Assembly: GCA_024636985.1 (NCBI GenBank)
Contig: JAGXFY010000045.1
Coordinates: 3,368-67,367, forward strand
From: Clostridiales bacterium
GTDB taxonomy: Bacteria; Bacillota; Clostridia; Lachnospirales; Vallitaleaceae
DNA: 64,000 nt
Direction of reading: 5' to 3'
A program made the position numbers and the translations under genes. Every line of letters starts with the position of its first letter. Position 1 is the stretch's first letter. Under the pieces are notes generated by a model that was given only the letters and a program-made list of their open reading frames with translations, did not search any database and was not told the DNA's origin. Shown in pieces: positions 17,932-26,577 of the stretch.

Positions 17932-18017
17932 AAATAAAAAAACCACAAAATATCTGCATCAATAAAACAGAGTATTTTTTGTGGTTAACTCAACACAGGT
18001 GTTTAGTTCTTTGGTCT
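17932..18017 (-). promoter_or_regulatory. 5' leader with an intrinsic terminator and a competing pseudoknot (riboswitch-like attenuator)
   Basis: Terminator AACCACAAAA / UUUUGUGGUU + U tract lies upstream of the SD; UGUG/CACA and GAGU/ACUC pairings overlap its 5' arm. Confidence 0.6.
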
Positions 18018-18023
18018 AAGATA

Positions 18024-18052
18024 ATTATACAACAGACTACCTTTTGGTGCAA
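18024..18052 (-). promoter_or_regulatory. SigA promoter of the deaminase gene
   Basis: Minus strand TTGCAC, 17 bp, TGn-TATAAT. Confidence 0.7.
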
Positions 18053-18172
18053 TCCATTAGATCTTTGCTTATGTGACAAAACGATAGAGTTTAACGAATG
18101 AAATTGGAAGTCTTTGCCATTTTTAGGATTATATGTAAATATAGACAATAAAAACTATGGAAATAACAATAT

Positions 18173-18227
18173 ATTTGTTTAAAATAAACAAATTATACTT
18201 TACAATTAAATATCTGTTCAGTATAAT
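18173..18227 (+). promoter_or_regulatory. SigA promoter of the tad locus with an upstream palindrome
   Basis: TTTACA (18199), 17 bp, TATAAT (18222); ATTTGTTTA-AAA-TAAACAAAT at 18173-18193. Confidence 0.65.
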
Positions 18228-18254
18228 TAGGAGGTCATGTAAAGGGAGGCAATT

Positions 18255-19328
18255 ATGCGTTGTAGAATATTAATCGGTGGGGGCGATCAAGAGTATAATG
18301 TTCAATTGATAGAAAACCTAGTTCTGTCTAGAGAGAACCAGTTTGAATTAACACTACTTAAAAAAAAGGACAATCTTGAAGAAGACTTGAATTCGAATCA
18401 TTATGATCTCATCTTATTAAGTGAGGAACTCATGGCACTGGCGTGTGGCATGATTCCAGAAGATAAGGAAGCGCGTATGGTGTTAATGGTTGAAGGTCAT
18501 ACGGGGTATCACCTTCAAGGGATGCACACCCTATTTAAATACCAAAAAGTAAAAGAGATTGAGTCAACCATCAATGATCTGTTTCTTAAAGTAACAGCCA
18601 AAGAATGGGTCAACAAAAAAAACGGAAACCTGAAATTAATAGGCTGTTACAGCCCGGCAGGAGGCTCCGGGAATACGACAATTGCTCAAATCATTTCAGC
18701 TTCCAAGGCGAATCAAGGTTACAAAGTACTTTTTTTAAGCTTAGAATCCTTTCCGAGTTATGATATGACCTATCAAGGCACTTCAGCAGATAACTTATCG
18801 GATTATATGATGCATATCATGTCAAAAAGTAATTGGATGATGGGACTTGAGAAGATGAAGTGTGTAGATTCGGTATCAGGCATCCATTATCTGATGCCTG
18901 CCATTAGCGAAGGTGACTTATCCGGCTTTGAACAAAAGATGTGGTTGACATGGATCGACTATATGATTGAAAAAAGTGACTATGACTATATGGTTATAGA
19001 TTTTGCCCAAGACTTTTTAGGAAAAACTCTTGAGCTAATTAAAAAATGTCATCACAAAGTATTTAATGTACGTGGTGACGTTAAGGGATATAAAAAGTGG
19101 TTGGTATTTTTAGAAGACCTAAATAGACTAAGTGAGGAAGAAATCTTAAAGGATAAGACCGTGATTATCAATCAAGTCTTTCCATCATCCAAATTATTTG
19201 TAACAGAGGGTGATATAACGTTGAGTTTTGATGATAGGTTAATAGAAGAAACGGTTGATGGCAGAATTATATTCAACAACCAATCCATAGCTTATGAAAA
19301 AATCGAAAGGCTGATGCGTCATGTTTGA
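18255..19328 (+). CDS. CpaE/TadZ-like pilus localisation protein (degenerate receiver + ParA/MinD-like domain)
   Basis: YSPAGGSGNTT deviant Walker A; VLFLSLE and DYMVID motifs; first gene before tadA. Confidence 0.75.
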   Translation: MRCRILIGGGDQEYNVQLIENLVLSRENQFELTLLKKKDNLEEDLNSNHYDLILLSEELMALACGMIPEDKEARMVLMVEGHTGYHLQGMHTLFKYQKVKEIESTINDLFLKVTAKEWVNKKNGNLKLIGCYSPAGGSGNTTIAQIISASKANQGYKVLFLSLESFPSYDMTYQGTSADNLSDYMMHIMSKSNWMMGLEKMKCVDSVSGIHYLMPAISEGDLSGFEQKMWLTWIDYMIEKSDYDYMVIDFAQDFLGKTLELIKKCHHKVFNVRGDVKGYKKWLVFLEDLNRLSEEEILKDKTVIINQVFPSSKLFVTEGDITLSFDDRLIEETVDGRIIFNNQSIAYEKIERLMRHV

Positions 19329-20571
19329 TCAAAAGACAACCCGTGATCATCATTATTATGATTTAATAAGTGAAGTGCGTAATGAAATGGGACTCATGGA
19401 TGATTTGCCGGATGAGCAAGTTGAAGCCCTTATCGAAACGGCTTTAAAAAAAATGACCCAGAGAACCTATCTACCTCTTAAAACGAGACTACACCTAAAA
19501 GAGAAAGTATTTAATGCTCTAAGGCGGTTGGACATTCTTCAACCTCTTGTAGATGACAAAAGCATAACTGAAATCATGGTAAATGGGGTTAAAGATATTT
19601 TTATCGAAAGAAACGGTCACGTAACGCGCTTGGATTATACTTTTGATTCACAAGAACAACTTGAAAACATTATTCAGATGATTGTATCAAAGGTAAATAG
19701 AGTTGTGAATGAATCCTCTCCCATTTGTGACGCCAGATTGGCAGATGGATCAAGAATCAATGTAGTACTACCACCAATTGCGTTAAAGGGCCCAACGTTA
19801 ACGATTAGAAAATTCCCACAAAAACCGATTGATATGTCAGATTTGGTGACTTGGGAAAGTATTTCATCAGAAGTTGCCTTGGTGCTTCAAACACTTGTCA
19901 AAGCCAAATATAATATTTTCATTTGTGGCGGAACGGGTTCGGGTAAGACAACTTTTCTTAATGTCTTGTCAAACGCTATACCGGATGATGAAAGAATCAT
20001 TACCATAGAAGATTCAGCAGAATTGCAGATTAACAAAGTGTCAAATCTAGTCAGTCTTGAGACGAGAAATGCCAATGTTGAAGGGCGAGGTACAATTACC
20101 ATTAAAGACTTAATAAAATCATCTCTTCGAATGCGACCGGATAGAATTGTTGTAGGGGAAGTTAGGGGACACGAAGCGTTGGACATGCTCCAAGCCATGA
20201 ATACCGGTCATGACGGTTCTTTGTCTACCGGACACGGGAATTCTACCACAGACATGCTAAGCCGCCTTGAAACCATGGTTCTGACAGGTTCGGCAATGCC
20301 CCTTGAGGCGATTAGGCAGCAGATAGCTTCAGCTGTTGAAGTCATGGTGCATCTGGGCAGACTGAGAGATAAATCAAGAAAAGTTTTGGAAGTGGTGGAG
20401 ATTGTAACCTACAAGGAGGGAGAAGTCGTTATGAACCCCTTATATGCTTTTCAAGAAGATGAGCAATCAACCGATGAAAAAGTACATGGTCAATTAGTTA
20501 GAAGTGGTAATCAGCTTCAAAACCGTGAAAAATTACTCTTATCTAATATGAAGGAGTGTTTACCGATATGA
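19321..20571 (+). CDS. tadA: CpaF/TadA pilus assembly ATPase
   Basis: GGTGSGKTT, ITIEDSAEL, LRMRPDRIVVGEVRG, AMNTGHDGS. Confidence 0.95.
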   Translation: MFDQKTTRDHHYYDLISEVRNEMGLMDDLPDEQVEALIETALKKMTQRTYLPLKTRLHLKEKVFNALRRLDILQPLVDDKSITEIMVNGVKDIFIERNGHVTRLDYTFDSQEQLENIIQMIVSKVNRVVNESSPICDARLADGSRINVVLPPIALKGPTLTIRKFPQKPIDMSDLVTWESISSEVALVLQTLVKAKYNIFICGGTGSGKTTFLNVLSNAIPDDERIITIEDSAELQINKVSNLVSLETRNANVEGRGTITIKDLIKSSLRMRPDRIVVGEVRGHEALDMLQAMNTGHDGSLSTGHGNSTTDMLSRLETMVLTGSAMPLEAIRQQIASAVEVMVHLGRLRDKSRKVLEVVEIVTYKEGEVVMNPLYAFQEDEQSTDEKVHGQLVRSGNQLQNREKLLLSNMKECLPI

Positions 20572-21323
20572 CTTTGCAAAGCAACATCTATTATAATAGA
20601 TGTTATTATACTAAAAAAGAATGGACCTGGCATGTAATTTGGGGTATGGCATATTACTTTATTATGGGCATGATTTTTTTTAATCATCTAATCCTTGCAA
20701 GCATTGCATGCTTAGGTGTTTACTTTCATATAAAAGCACAAAAAGCATTATCCATAAAAAAAAGAAAACATAGATTGAGAGAGCAATTTCGTGAAGCCAT
20801 GTATACCCTGTCTTCCTCTTTGTCAGCTGGAAGATCAGCAGAGCAGGCTTGCATACAGACATTAGCAGATCTTCAGATTCTTTATGATCACCAAACCGAT
20901 ATCATTATAGAATGGTCACTCATCGTGAAAAAGCTCAACATGAACGAGACCTTAGAGTCTGCGCTTGAGGATTTAGCGCTACGAGCAGGCGTTGAAGATA
21001 TTCATAATTTTACAGGTGTTTTTATTATGGCAAAAAGAACTGGTGGTGATTTAATAAGGATAATAAGAGAGACAACGCACATGATTAATGAAAAAATAGA
21101 GATTCAAAAGGAAATAGATCTATTGGTTGTGCAAAAACAATTTGAACAAAAAATACTTTCATACATTATTCCGGGCATGATCGTGTTTTTTCAATTAACA
21201 TCACCGGAATTCCTAGGTCCTTTGTATACGACACTGATAGGTAGAATGGTAATGGTCTTTGCACTATTTTTGTATATGCTCAGCCGTAAAATCGGAGAAA
21301 AGATTGTTAGTATAGAGGTGTGA
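20568..21323 (+). CDS. tadB: TadB-like membrane platform protein
   Basis: T2SSF-type segment LSSSLSAGRS...RTGGDL; ATGA overlap with the tadA stop. Confidence 0.85.
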   Translation: MTLQSNIYYNRCYYTKKEWTWHVIWGMAYYFIMGMIFFNHLILASIACLGVYFHIKAQKALSIKKRKHRLREQFREAMYTLSSSLSAGRSAEQACIQTLADLQILYDHQTDIIIEWSLIVKKLNMNETLESALEDLALRAGVEDIHNFTGVFIMAKRTGGDLIRIIRETTHMINEKIEIQKEIDLLVVQKQFEQKILSYIIPGMIVFFQLTSPEFLGPLYTTLIGRMVMVFALFLYMLSRKIGEKIVSIEV

Positions 21324-21324
21324 T

Positions 21325-22758
21325 ATGTATGAAATTGTAATTATTCTTTTTTTGGTTATTCATTTGGTCTACTTTATTTATGCTAAGCGTACACTAGATG
21401 GCAGTGAAGATGCAAAGGACTTTCTGTATATTTTAGGGGCTCCTGTTATAAAGCATCTGTCTTTTGATAAGGTAAAAAGCTTGTTAACCAATCAAGAATT
21501 AGAGAAGTTAACTAAAATCTATCGTCCCATGCATTTTAAACAAGGCGTCTGCCGCTATCAAGGCAACCGAATTGGTTTGGTATTGGTTGTACTCTTCCTT
21601 GGAGGACTTTTTGCCTTAGCAATTGGAAATGACCATGAAATCTCAAGAGAGATGAATCCAGTCATTGAACGACCATCATTTGACCAGGATCCGGTTGAAT
21701 ATGATCTGAATTACAAAATAGAAGATGAGGAAAGCCTGGTCGGTCGATTGCCGGTTAGGGTCGAACCTAAGTTACCGGAAAGAAAAGTAGCGGTTGAGCT
21801 ATTAAAAGCCAGATTTTCAGAGTTAGAACCACTCATGTTAAAAGGGATGAACCCCAATGATGTCTATGAGGATCTTCATCTTCCAAAGAAACCTTTTGGA
21901 GAAGAAGTCACAGTACGTTACACTTCACTTACAACAGATTATCTCAGTCATGAGGGCGTTTTGAAAAGAGATAATATGGAAGAGGCAACACCATATGACG
22001 TCTCATTATTGGTGAATCTAAGTCTTGGAGAGGTGTCTATGCCTTATGTCTACGATTTTCGGATTATGCTCAAGGAAATGAATGCAGTAGATTTTGCAGA
22101 AGCAATTGAAGACCATGTGGTCAAAACGGAGGATAGAATCATTCTACCAAAAACAACAGGTAAAAACGGAATCCCCATACTTTGGTCAACACAGGAAGTA
22201 GGGGTCTCCGGGTATAGAATTTATTTAGTGGCAGTATTAATGGCGATCTTATTTTATGTTCTAAAAAAAGGAGATTTAGATAAGACTTTGATAGCAAGAA
22301 AAGATGAGATTTTGTACGATTTCCCGACAGTAGTGAATAAGTTGACGATGTTAATCAATGCCGGTATGACCTTCAGCCATGCATGGCAAAAAATCGTTGT
22401 CGATCATCAGCAAAACAAGATCGCCAAAGGGATACTCTATGAAGAGATGATGCTGGTCAGTCAAGACATCAAAAATGGCATACCAGAAATTGAGGCTTTG
22501 GAAAATTTTGGAAAAAGAACACAATGTAAAGAGATTATTAGATTTGTCGCAGTTATTACTCAAAATCTGAAACGAGGCAGTCAATCCATGACCATAGCCT
22601 TAAAGCAACTGAGTAGAGAAGCATGGACAATTAGAACAACAACAGCACGAAGGCTCGGTGAGAAGGCAAGTACCAAACTGCTACTGCCTATGGGAATCAG
22701 CTTGATTACAGTACTCATCATAGTTATGGTACCTACGTTCATGGCTATGAAATTATAG
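21325..22758 (+). CDS. tadC: TadC-like membrane platform protein with a large extracytoplasmic insert
   Basis: C-terminal LTMLINAGMT...GEKASTKLLLPM T2SSF segment; ~230-aa soluble region between TM segments. Confidence 0.8.
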   Translation: MYEIVIILFLVIHLVYFIYAKRTLDGSEDAKDFLYILGAPVIKHLSFDKVKSLLTNQELEKLTKIYRPMHFKQGVCRYQGNRIGLVLVVLFLGGLFALAIGNDHEISREMNPVIERPSFDQDPVEYDLNYKIEDEESLVGRLPVRVEPKLPERKVAVELLKARFSELEPLMLKGMNPNDVYEDLHLPKKPFGEEVTVRYTSLTTDYLSHEGVLKRDNMEEATPYDVSLLVNLSLGEVSMPYVYDFRIMLKEMNAVDFAEAIEDHVVKTEDRIILPKTTGKNGIPILWSTQEVGVSGYRIYLVAVLMAILFYVLKKGDLDKTLIARKDEILYDFPTVVNKLTMLINAGMTFSHAWQKIVVDHQQNKIAKGILYEEMMLVSQDIKNGIPEIEALENFGKRTQCKEIIRFVAVITQNLKRGSQSMTIALKQLSREAWTIRTTTARRLGEKASTKLLLPMGISLITVLIIVMVPTFMAMKL

Positions 22759-22767
22759 GAGGGTGTT

Positions 22768-22968
22768 ATGCGTATATTATTTTTCAAAGGAATATGGTTA
22801 AGAAATAAAATGATAAATGCCATTAGAAACGAAGATGGTATGGGGGTGATTGAGATTGCTATCATTATCCTTGTGCTAATTGCTATTGGCTTTTTATTCA
22901 AAGAAAAGATTATGCAGCTGGTAAATGAGTTATTGGATAAAATGAATGTTGATGGAATAACTTCGTAA
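22768..22968 (+). CDS. flp: Flp1-type type IVc pilin
   Basis: Prepilin site EDG|MGVIE (E at +5) followed by a hydrophobic helix; SD AGGAGG. Confidence 0.88.
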   Translation: MRILFFKGIWLRNKMINAIRNEDGMGVIEIAIIILVLIAIGFLFKEKIMQLVNELLDKMNVDGITS

Positions 22969-23013
22969 ATTATTCTGAAGGTTGGATTAGAGAAAGAGAA
23001 AGAGGGAGAGCAA

Positions 23014-23538
23014 TTGATAGAAATCTATCCACTGGAAAAATGTATCTATTATCAAATAAAAATGTGTCAACACAATCAGATTCCAAGTTTGGTTCCATTT
23101 GATTTTAGCTACGAAGATAATGATGTTAAGATTTACTGGAAACTAAAAGGCTTTGAAGCACTTCATAAAAAAGAAAAACATACCCATTTGTCGAAAAGAA
23201 AAATGGAAAAATTATTGTTACATCTTAAAAAAGCATTGATAGATTGTATGGATTATATGCTAGAACCTTGTCAATTGAAGTTAGAGTGGGAAGCTATTTA
23301 TGTTGACGAAAAAGATGACTATAGGTTTATCTACTTACCGGTCCGCAAGGAAGAAAAAATGGATATTGCTGTGATTCTTAAAGGATTTTTTGGTCAACTC
23401 CAACCCTATATTAACCTAGGTGATGAAGGTGTGATGATAAAAATGCATCAGCTACGTTTAGGCCTTGAAGCAGAGAATTTTAACTTAGAGACTTATATTA
23501 ATGATGTGATGACGACAAGCATGGGTTTATTAGAATGA
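23014..23538 (+). CDS. DUF6382-like tad-associated protein
   Basis: NQIPSLVPF...CMDYML...YRFIYLP pattern typical of the N-terminal domain of clostridial tad-associated proteins. Confidence 0.55.
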   Translation: MIEIYPLEKCIYYQIKMCQHNQIPSLVPFDFSYEDNDVKIYWKLKGFEALHKKEKHTHLSKRKMEKLLLHLKKALIDCMDYMLEPCQLKLEWEAIYVDEKDDYRFIYLPVRKEEKMDIAVILKGFFGQLQPYINLGDEGVMIKMHQLRLGLEAENFNLETYINDVMTTSMGLLE

Positions 23539-24269
23539 AGACTCTAAATAAGTATAAGTCAGCCATCATGATCGGGGTCGTGATGTTCGTATATATTTTG
23601 GTGATAAACGGACTTCCCTTTAATCATAAGGGAAATACAACCGACTTGTACAAAAGTATAGAAAAAATCATGGAAGAGGGACCTTATCTCATTGAAGGAG
23701 AAGGTATGCTCATTTTACCGAATAAAACGATGTCAACGATGAACCAAACGATGACCATACACTTTGGTATAGATGGTCATTTGGATTTTGTGAAAAAAGA
23801 CCATGAGATACAAATGTCATTAAAAGATACTTTTGGATATGAAGAAGTACCACTAGGGCGTTACCGCGGACTTGGCAATACACATCTCATCTATTCGGAA
23901 ATCGGAACAAGTGAAACGATCGATATAAGTGCGTTCATAGCCCAAGCTTCTTCCAAAGACGAGATGACCCACCAAGAATGGCAGAACTTTGAAAAAGGCA
24001 TAGAAGTCAACCGTTCATGGGTTAAAAATACCAAAAAAGGGTATAATCCGATTAAAACAGAAGTAACAACTTACTCTATAGATTTAAGCTTATTATTATC
24101 ACAGGCAATAATGGAAGCACTGAGCCATTCAATCATGACATCCTTAGTATTTGAAGAGGCTCTAGTAAGCTATCATATAGATCGAAATGGAAATCCGACA
24201 GCTCTTGATTTTGATATCAGAACCCAAGAAATGGCTTTAGAAGTGTCATTAAACATAATAATGCCATAA
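23535..24269 (+). CDS. Hypothetical membrane-anchored protein
   Basis: 244-aa ORF with one N-terminal TM helix; ATGA-coupled to the upstream gene. Confidence 0.65.
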   Translation: MKTLNKYKSAIMIGVVMFVYILVINGLPFNHKGNTTDLYKSIEKIMEEGPYLIEGEGMLILPNKTMSTMNQTMTIHFGIDGHLDFVKKDHEIQMSLKDTFGYEEVPLGRYRGLGNTHLIYSEIGTSETIDISAFIAQASSKDEMTHQEWQNFEKGIEVNRSWVKNTKKGYNPIKTEVTTYSIDLSLLLSQAIMEALSHSIMTSLVFEEALVSYHIDRNGNPTALDFDIRTQEMALEVSLNIIMP

Positions 24270-24532
24270 GTGACTAAAGTCATCTAAACGAATGACTTAG
24301 GATACTACCAAGTAAGCCATTTGACCTGTAAAATAGAGAGTGAGTCGGGCAATAAACCCGAAATATAAAAATCAAACCCATAAAAAGAAGAACGAGGTTT
24401 GTAAAGGATGCATGGGAGAAATAGACGTGAGTAATCACGTCTATTATTTTGCGTATTATTATTTGAAAAGTTTTGAAGCATATAGATTGTTAAAATATTG
24501 TCTTTTCAGGTGGATTATGGTTTAATAAATAT

Positions 24533-25918
24533 ATGAGTAAGGGGGTAGGCGCTATGGAAGGCATTGAACTTTATAAAAACACAATGATTACATTTGCGTT
24601 GATATTTTCAGCTGCCTATATGATTGTACTTGGTATTGTTATAAGGGTTAAGAGTCAAGGTGGTGCTATCGTAAGATGGTTTTTATGTATTGTCTTTGTT
24701 ATGTGGCTATGGACAACTTTTTATATTTTTGAACGTGTGGCACCGAGTGTTGATATTAGATGGATCATATGTTGTGTAGAGTATGTGGCGATATGTTATC
24801 TGGGTTTTTTTGCCTATATGTTTTCCAGATCCTACCGTGGATTGAAAGCGCCTAGTAGATTAAAGCTAATTGCATTGCTGACCCCACCAACCTTCTTTTA
24901 CCTTAGTGTCTTGACCAATCCTTTGCATCATCAGTTTTATCGAAGCTTCACAGTACAAACAGAAGTCTATGGTCCCCTTTGCTGGGCTTTGATTTATGTC
25001 ACTTTGCTCTATTATCTGGGCGGGGTCTATCATTTTATCAGAAAATCAAGATATCGATCTATATATAGAAGACGACAAATGGTTTACTTCACTGCGGCAA
25101 TCATAGTACCCATTATGATACATATACTAAATACGATTGGGATTATTAATCTGGACTTTAATATATCCTTAGTGGTTATGCCCTATTCACTTTTTTTGAT
25201 TACGATATCTGTTCTAAAACACAAGTTCTTAGACATACTACCCCATGCTTTGTTGGATGTTGTTGAATTCATTGATGATGGCTTTATGGTTATTAATGTG
25301 GAGTATCATTTAGAAGACTATAATGCTTTGTTCTTTAATCGTTTCATTGACATGAACCATTGTGAAAAAATGGAAGATGTAATGGATGTCTTTGCTAATA
25401 TTGTAAAGGACTCAGAAGATCTTGATAACCTAATGGTTGCATTAAAAGTGAGCAAGGAAGACCATATTAGCGGTGAAATATCATTCAAAAAAAAGCAGTC
25501 CGAAACATTCTTGAATATCCAATATACGGCTAAAGCAATTAATGATCTATATGGATCAAAGATAGCCACCATCATAACCTTTCACGATATTACAGAAATT
25601 CAGAACTTGTATCTGGCTCTAGAAAGTAAAAAGGAAGAGTTAATGCAGGCTAAAGAGCGCTTAGAAGAGCATATTGCTTCAATTCATCAGTTGACCATAG
25701 AGCAGGAACGTAATAAATTGATGTCGGAGGTCCATGATACATTGGGCCATTCTATGACGGAAGTTCTGGCACTGCTGGAAAAATGCGATTTAGTTCTAGA
25801 GCAAGACCCCTTACAATTTGAAGTGGTACTTGAAGAGACCATTGTTAGGGCAAGAAAAGGACTTTCTGAAATACGAAGTGCGGTTAGTCGATTCAAAAAA
25901 ATGGGGGTAGAGATATGA
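24533..25918 (+). CDS. 7TM sensor histidine-kinase-like protein ending after the HisKA_3 phosphoacceptor domain (no ATPase domain)
   Basis: About seven TM segments; ERNKLMSEVHDTLGHS H-box; stop codon ~50 aa later, with no N/G boxes. Confidence 0.8.
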   Translation: MSKGVGAMEGIELYKNTMITFALIFSAAYMIVLGIVIRVKSQGGAIVRWFLCIVFVMWLWTTFYIFERVAPSVDIRWIICCVEYVAICYLGFFAYMFSRSYRGLKAPSRLKLIALLTPPTFFYLSVLTNPLHHQFYRSFTVQTEVYGPLCWALIYVTLLYYLGGVYHFIRKSRYRSIYRRRQMVYFTAAIIVPIMIHILNTIGIINLDFNISLVVMPYSLFLITISVLKHKFLDILPHALLDVVEFIDDGFMVINVEYHLEDYNALFFNRFIDMNHCEKMEDVMDVFANIVKDSEDLDNLMVALKVSKEDHISGEISFKKKQSETFLNIQYTAKAINDLYGSKIATIITFHDITEIQNLYLALESKKEELMQAKERLEEHIASIHQLTIEQERNKLMSEVHDTLGHSMTEVLALLEKCDLVLEQDPLQFEVVLEETIVRARKGLSEIRSAVSRFKKMGVEI

Positions 25919-26565
25919 TAAAAGTCATGTGCGTAGATGATCAGCTGTTACTTAAAGAAACCATGATCTATATGCTTAAACAAGATCCGGATATTGAGGC
26001 AGTCGATGGGGGTAATGATGGGTATGAAGCATTAAATATTTGTGAGAGCTATCGGCCCCATGTAATATTAATGGATCTAAGAATGCCGAGGCTTGGTGGA
26101 ATAGAGACGACAACAAAGATTAAAGCTCTATACCCATCCATAAAAATCATCATTCTAACGACCTTTGAAGATCAAAAAAGTATTTTCGACTCAATAGAAC
26201 ATGGTGCTGACGGTTATATTGTTAAAGATATTAAACCGGAGGAGCTCGTACTAGCTGTAAAAAGCGTCTATCATAATTTATATGTGATGCACAAAAATGT
26301 GGTCAACATTGTAAAAGAAGAAATTATTGATGTACATATCAAAAAAAAGGATCAACAAGAAACATTAAAAAATTATGATTTAACACCAATGGAAATAAAG
26401 ATTATAAAACTAATGGTCGATGGAAAAAATAACAAAGAGATTGCATACAGTCTGAAATTCACAGAAGGAACTGTTAAGAATAAGGTGTCTAAGATACTGA
26501 GCAAGCTGGGACTCAAAGATAGGACTCAAATTGCAGTCTTTGCTATCAAGCACAATCTGACTTAG
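25915..26565 (+). CDS. NarL/LuxR-family response regulator
   Basis: VDDQ...LMDLRMP receiver; LTPME...NKEIA...EGTVKNKVSKILSKL HTH. Confidence 0.93.
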   Translation: MIKVMCVDDQLLLKETMIYMLKQDPDIEAVDGGNDGYEALNICESYRPHVILMDLRMPRLGGIETTTKIKALYPSIKIIILTTFEDQKSIFDSIEHGADGYIVKDIKPEELVLAVKSVYHNLYVMHKNVVNIVKEEIIDVHIKKKDQQETLKNYDLTPMEIKIIKLMVDGKNNKEIAYSLKFTEGTVKNKVSKILSKLGLKDRTQIAVFAIKHNLT

Positions 26566-26577
26566 GGGAACGCATAC

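Noticed and set aside
17932-18017. Canonical guanine/adenine (purine) riboswitch before the deaminase
   Set aside because: The three-way-junction core and the AUAUGG/CCGUAA kissing loops are absent, and the leader is too short.
24360-24395. c-di-GMP-I riboswitch near GGGCAATAAACCCGAAA
   Set aside because: Only a small hairpin; the GCAAA/GYAAAC core and the second stem with tetraloop receptor could not be built.
24340-24525. 61-aa ORF between the tad locus and the kinase
   Set aside because: GTG start with no convincing SD or motif; more likely the promoter region of the two-component operon.
25750-25918. Frameshifted pseudogene explanation for the ATPase-less kinase
   Set aside because: The response regulator starts in an ATGA overlap at the stop codon, leaving no sequence for a lost ATPase domain.
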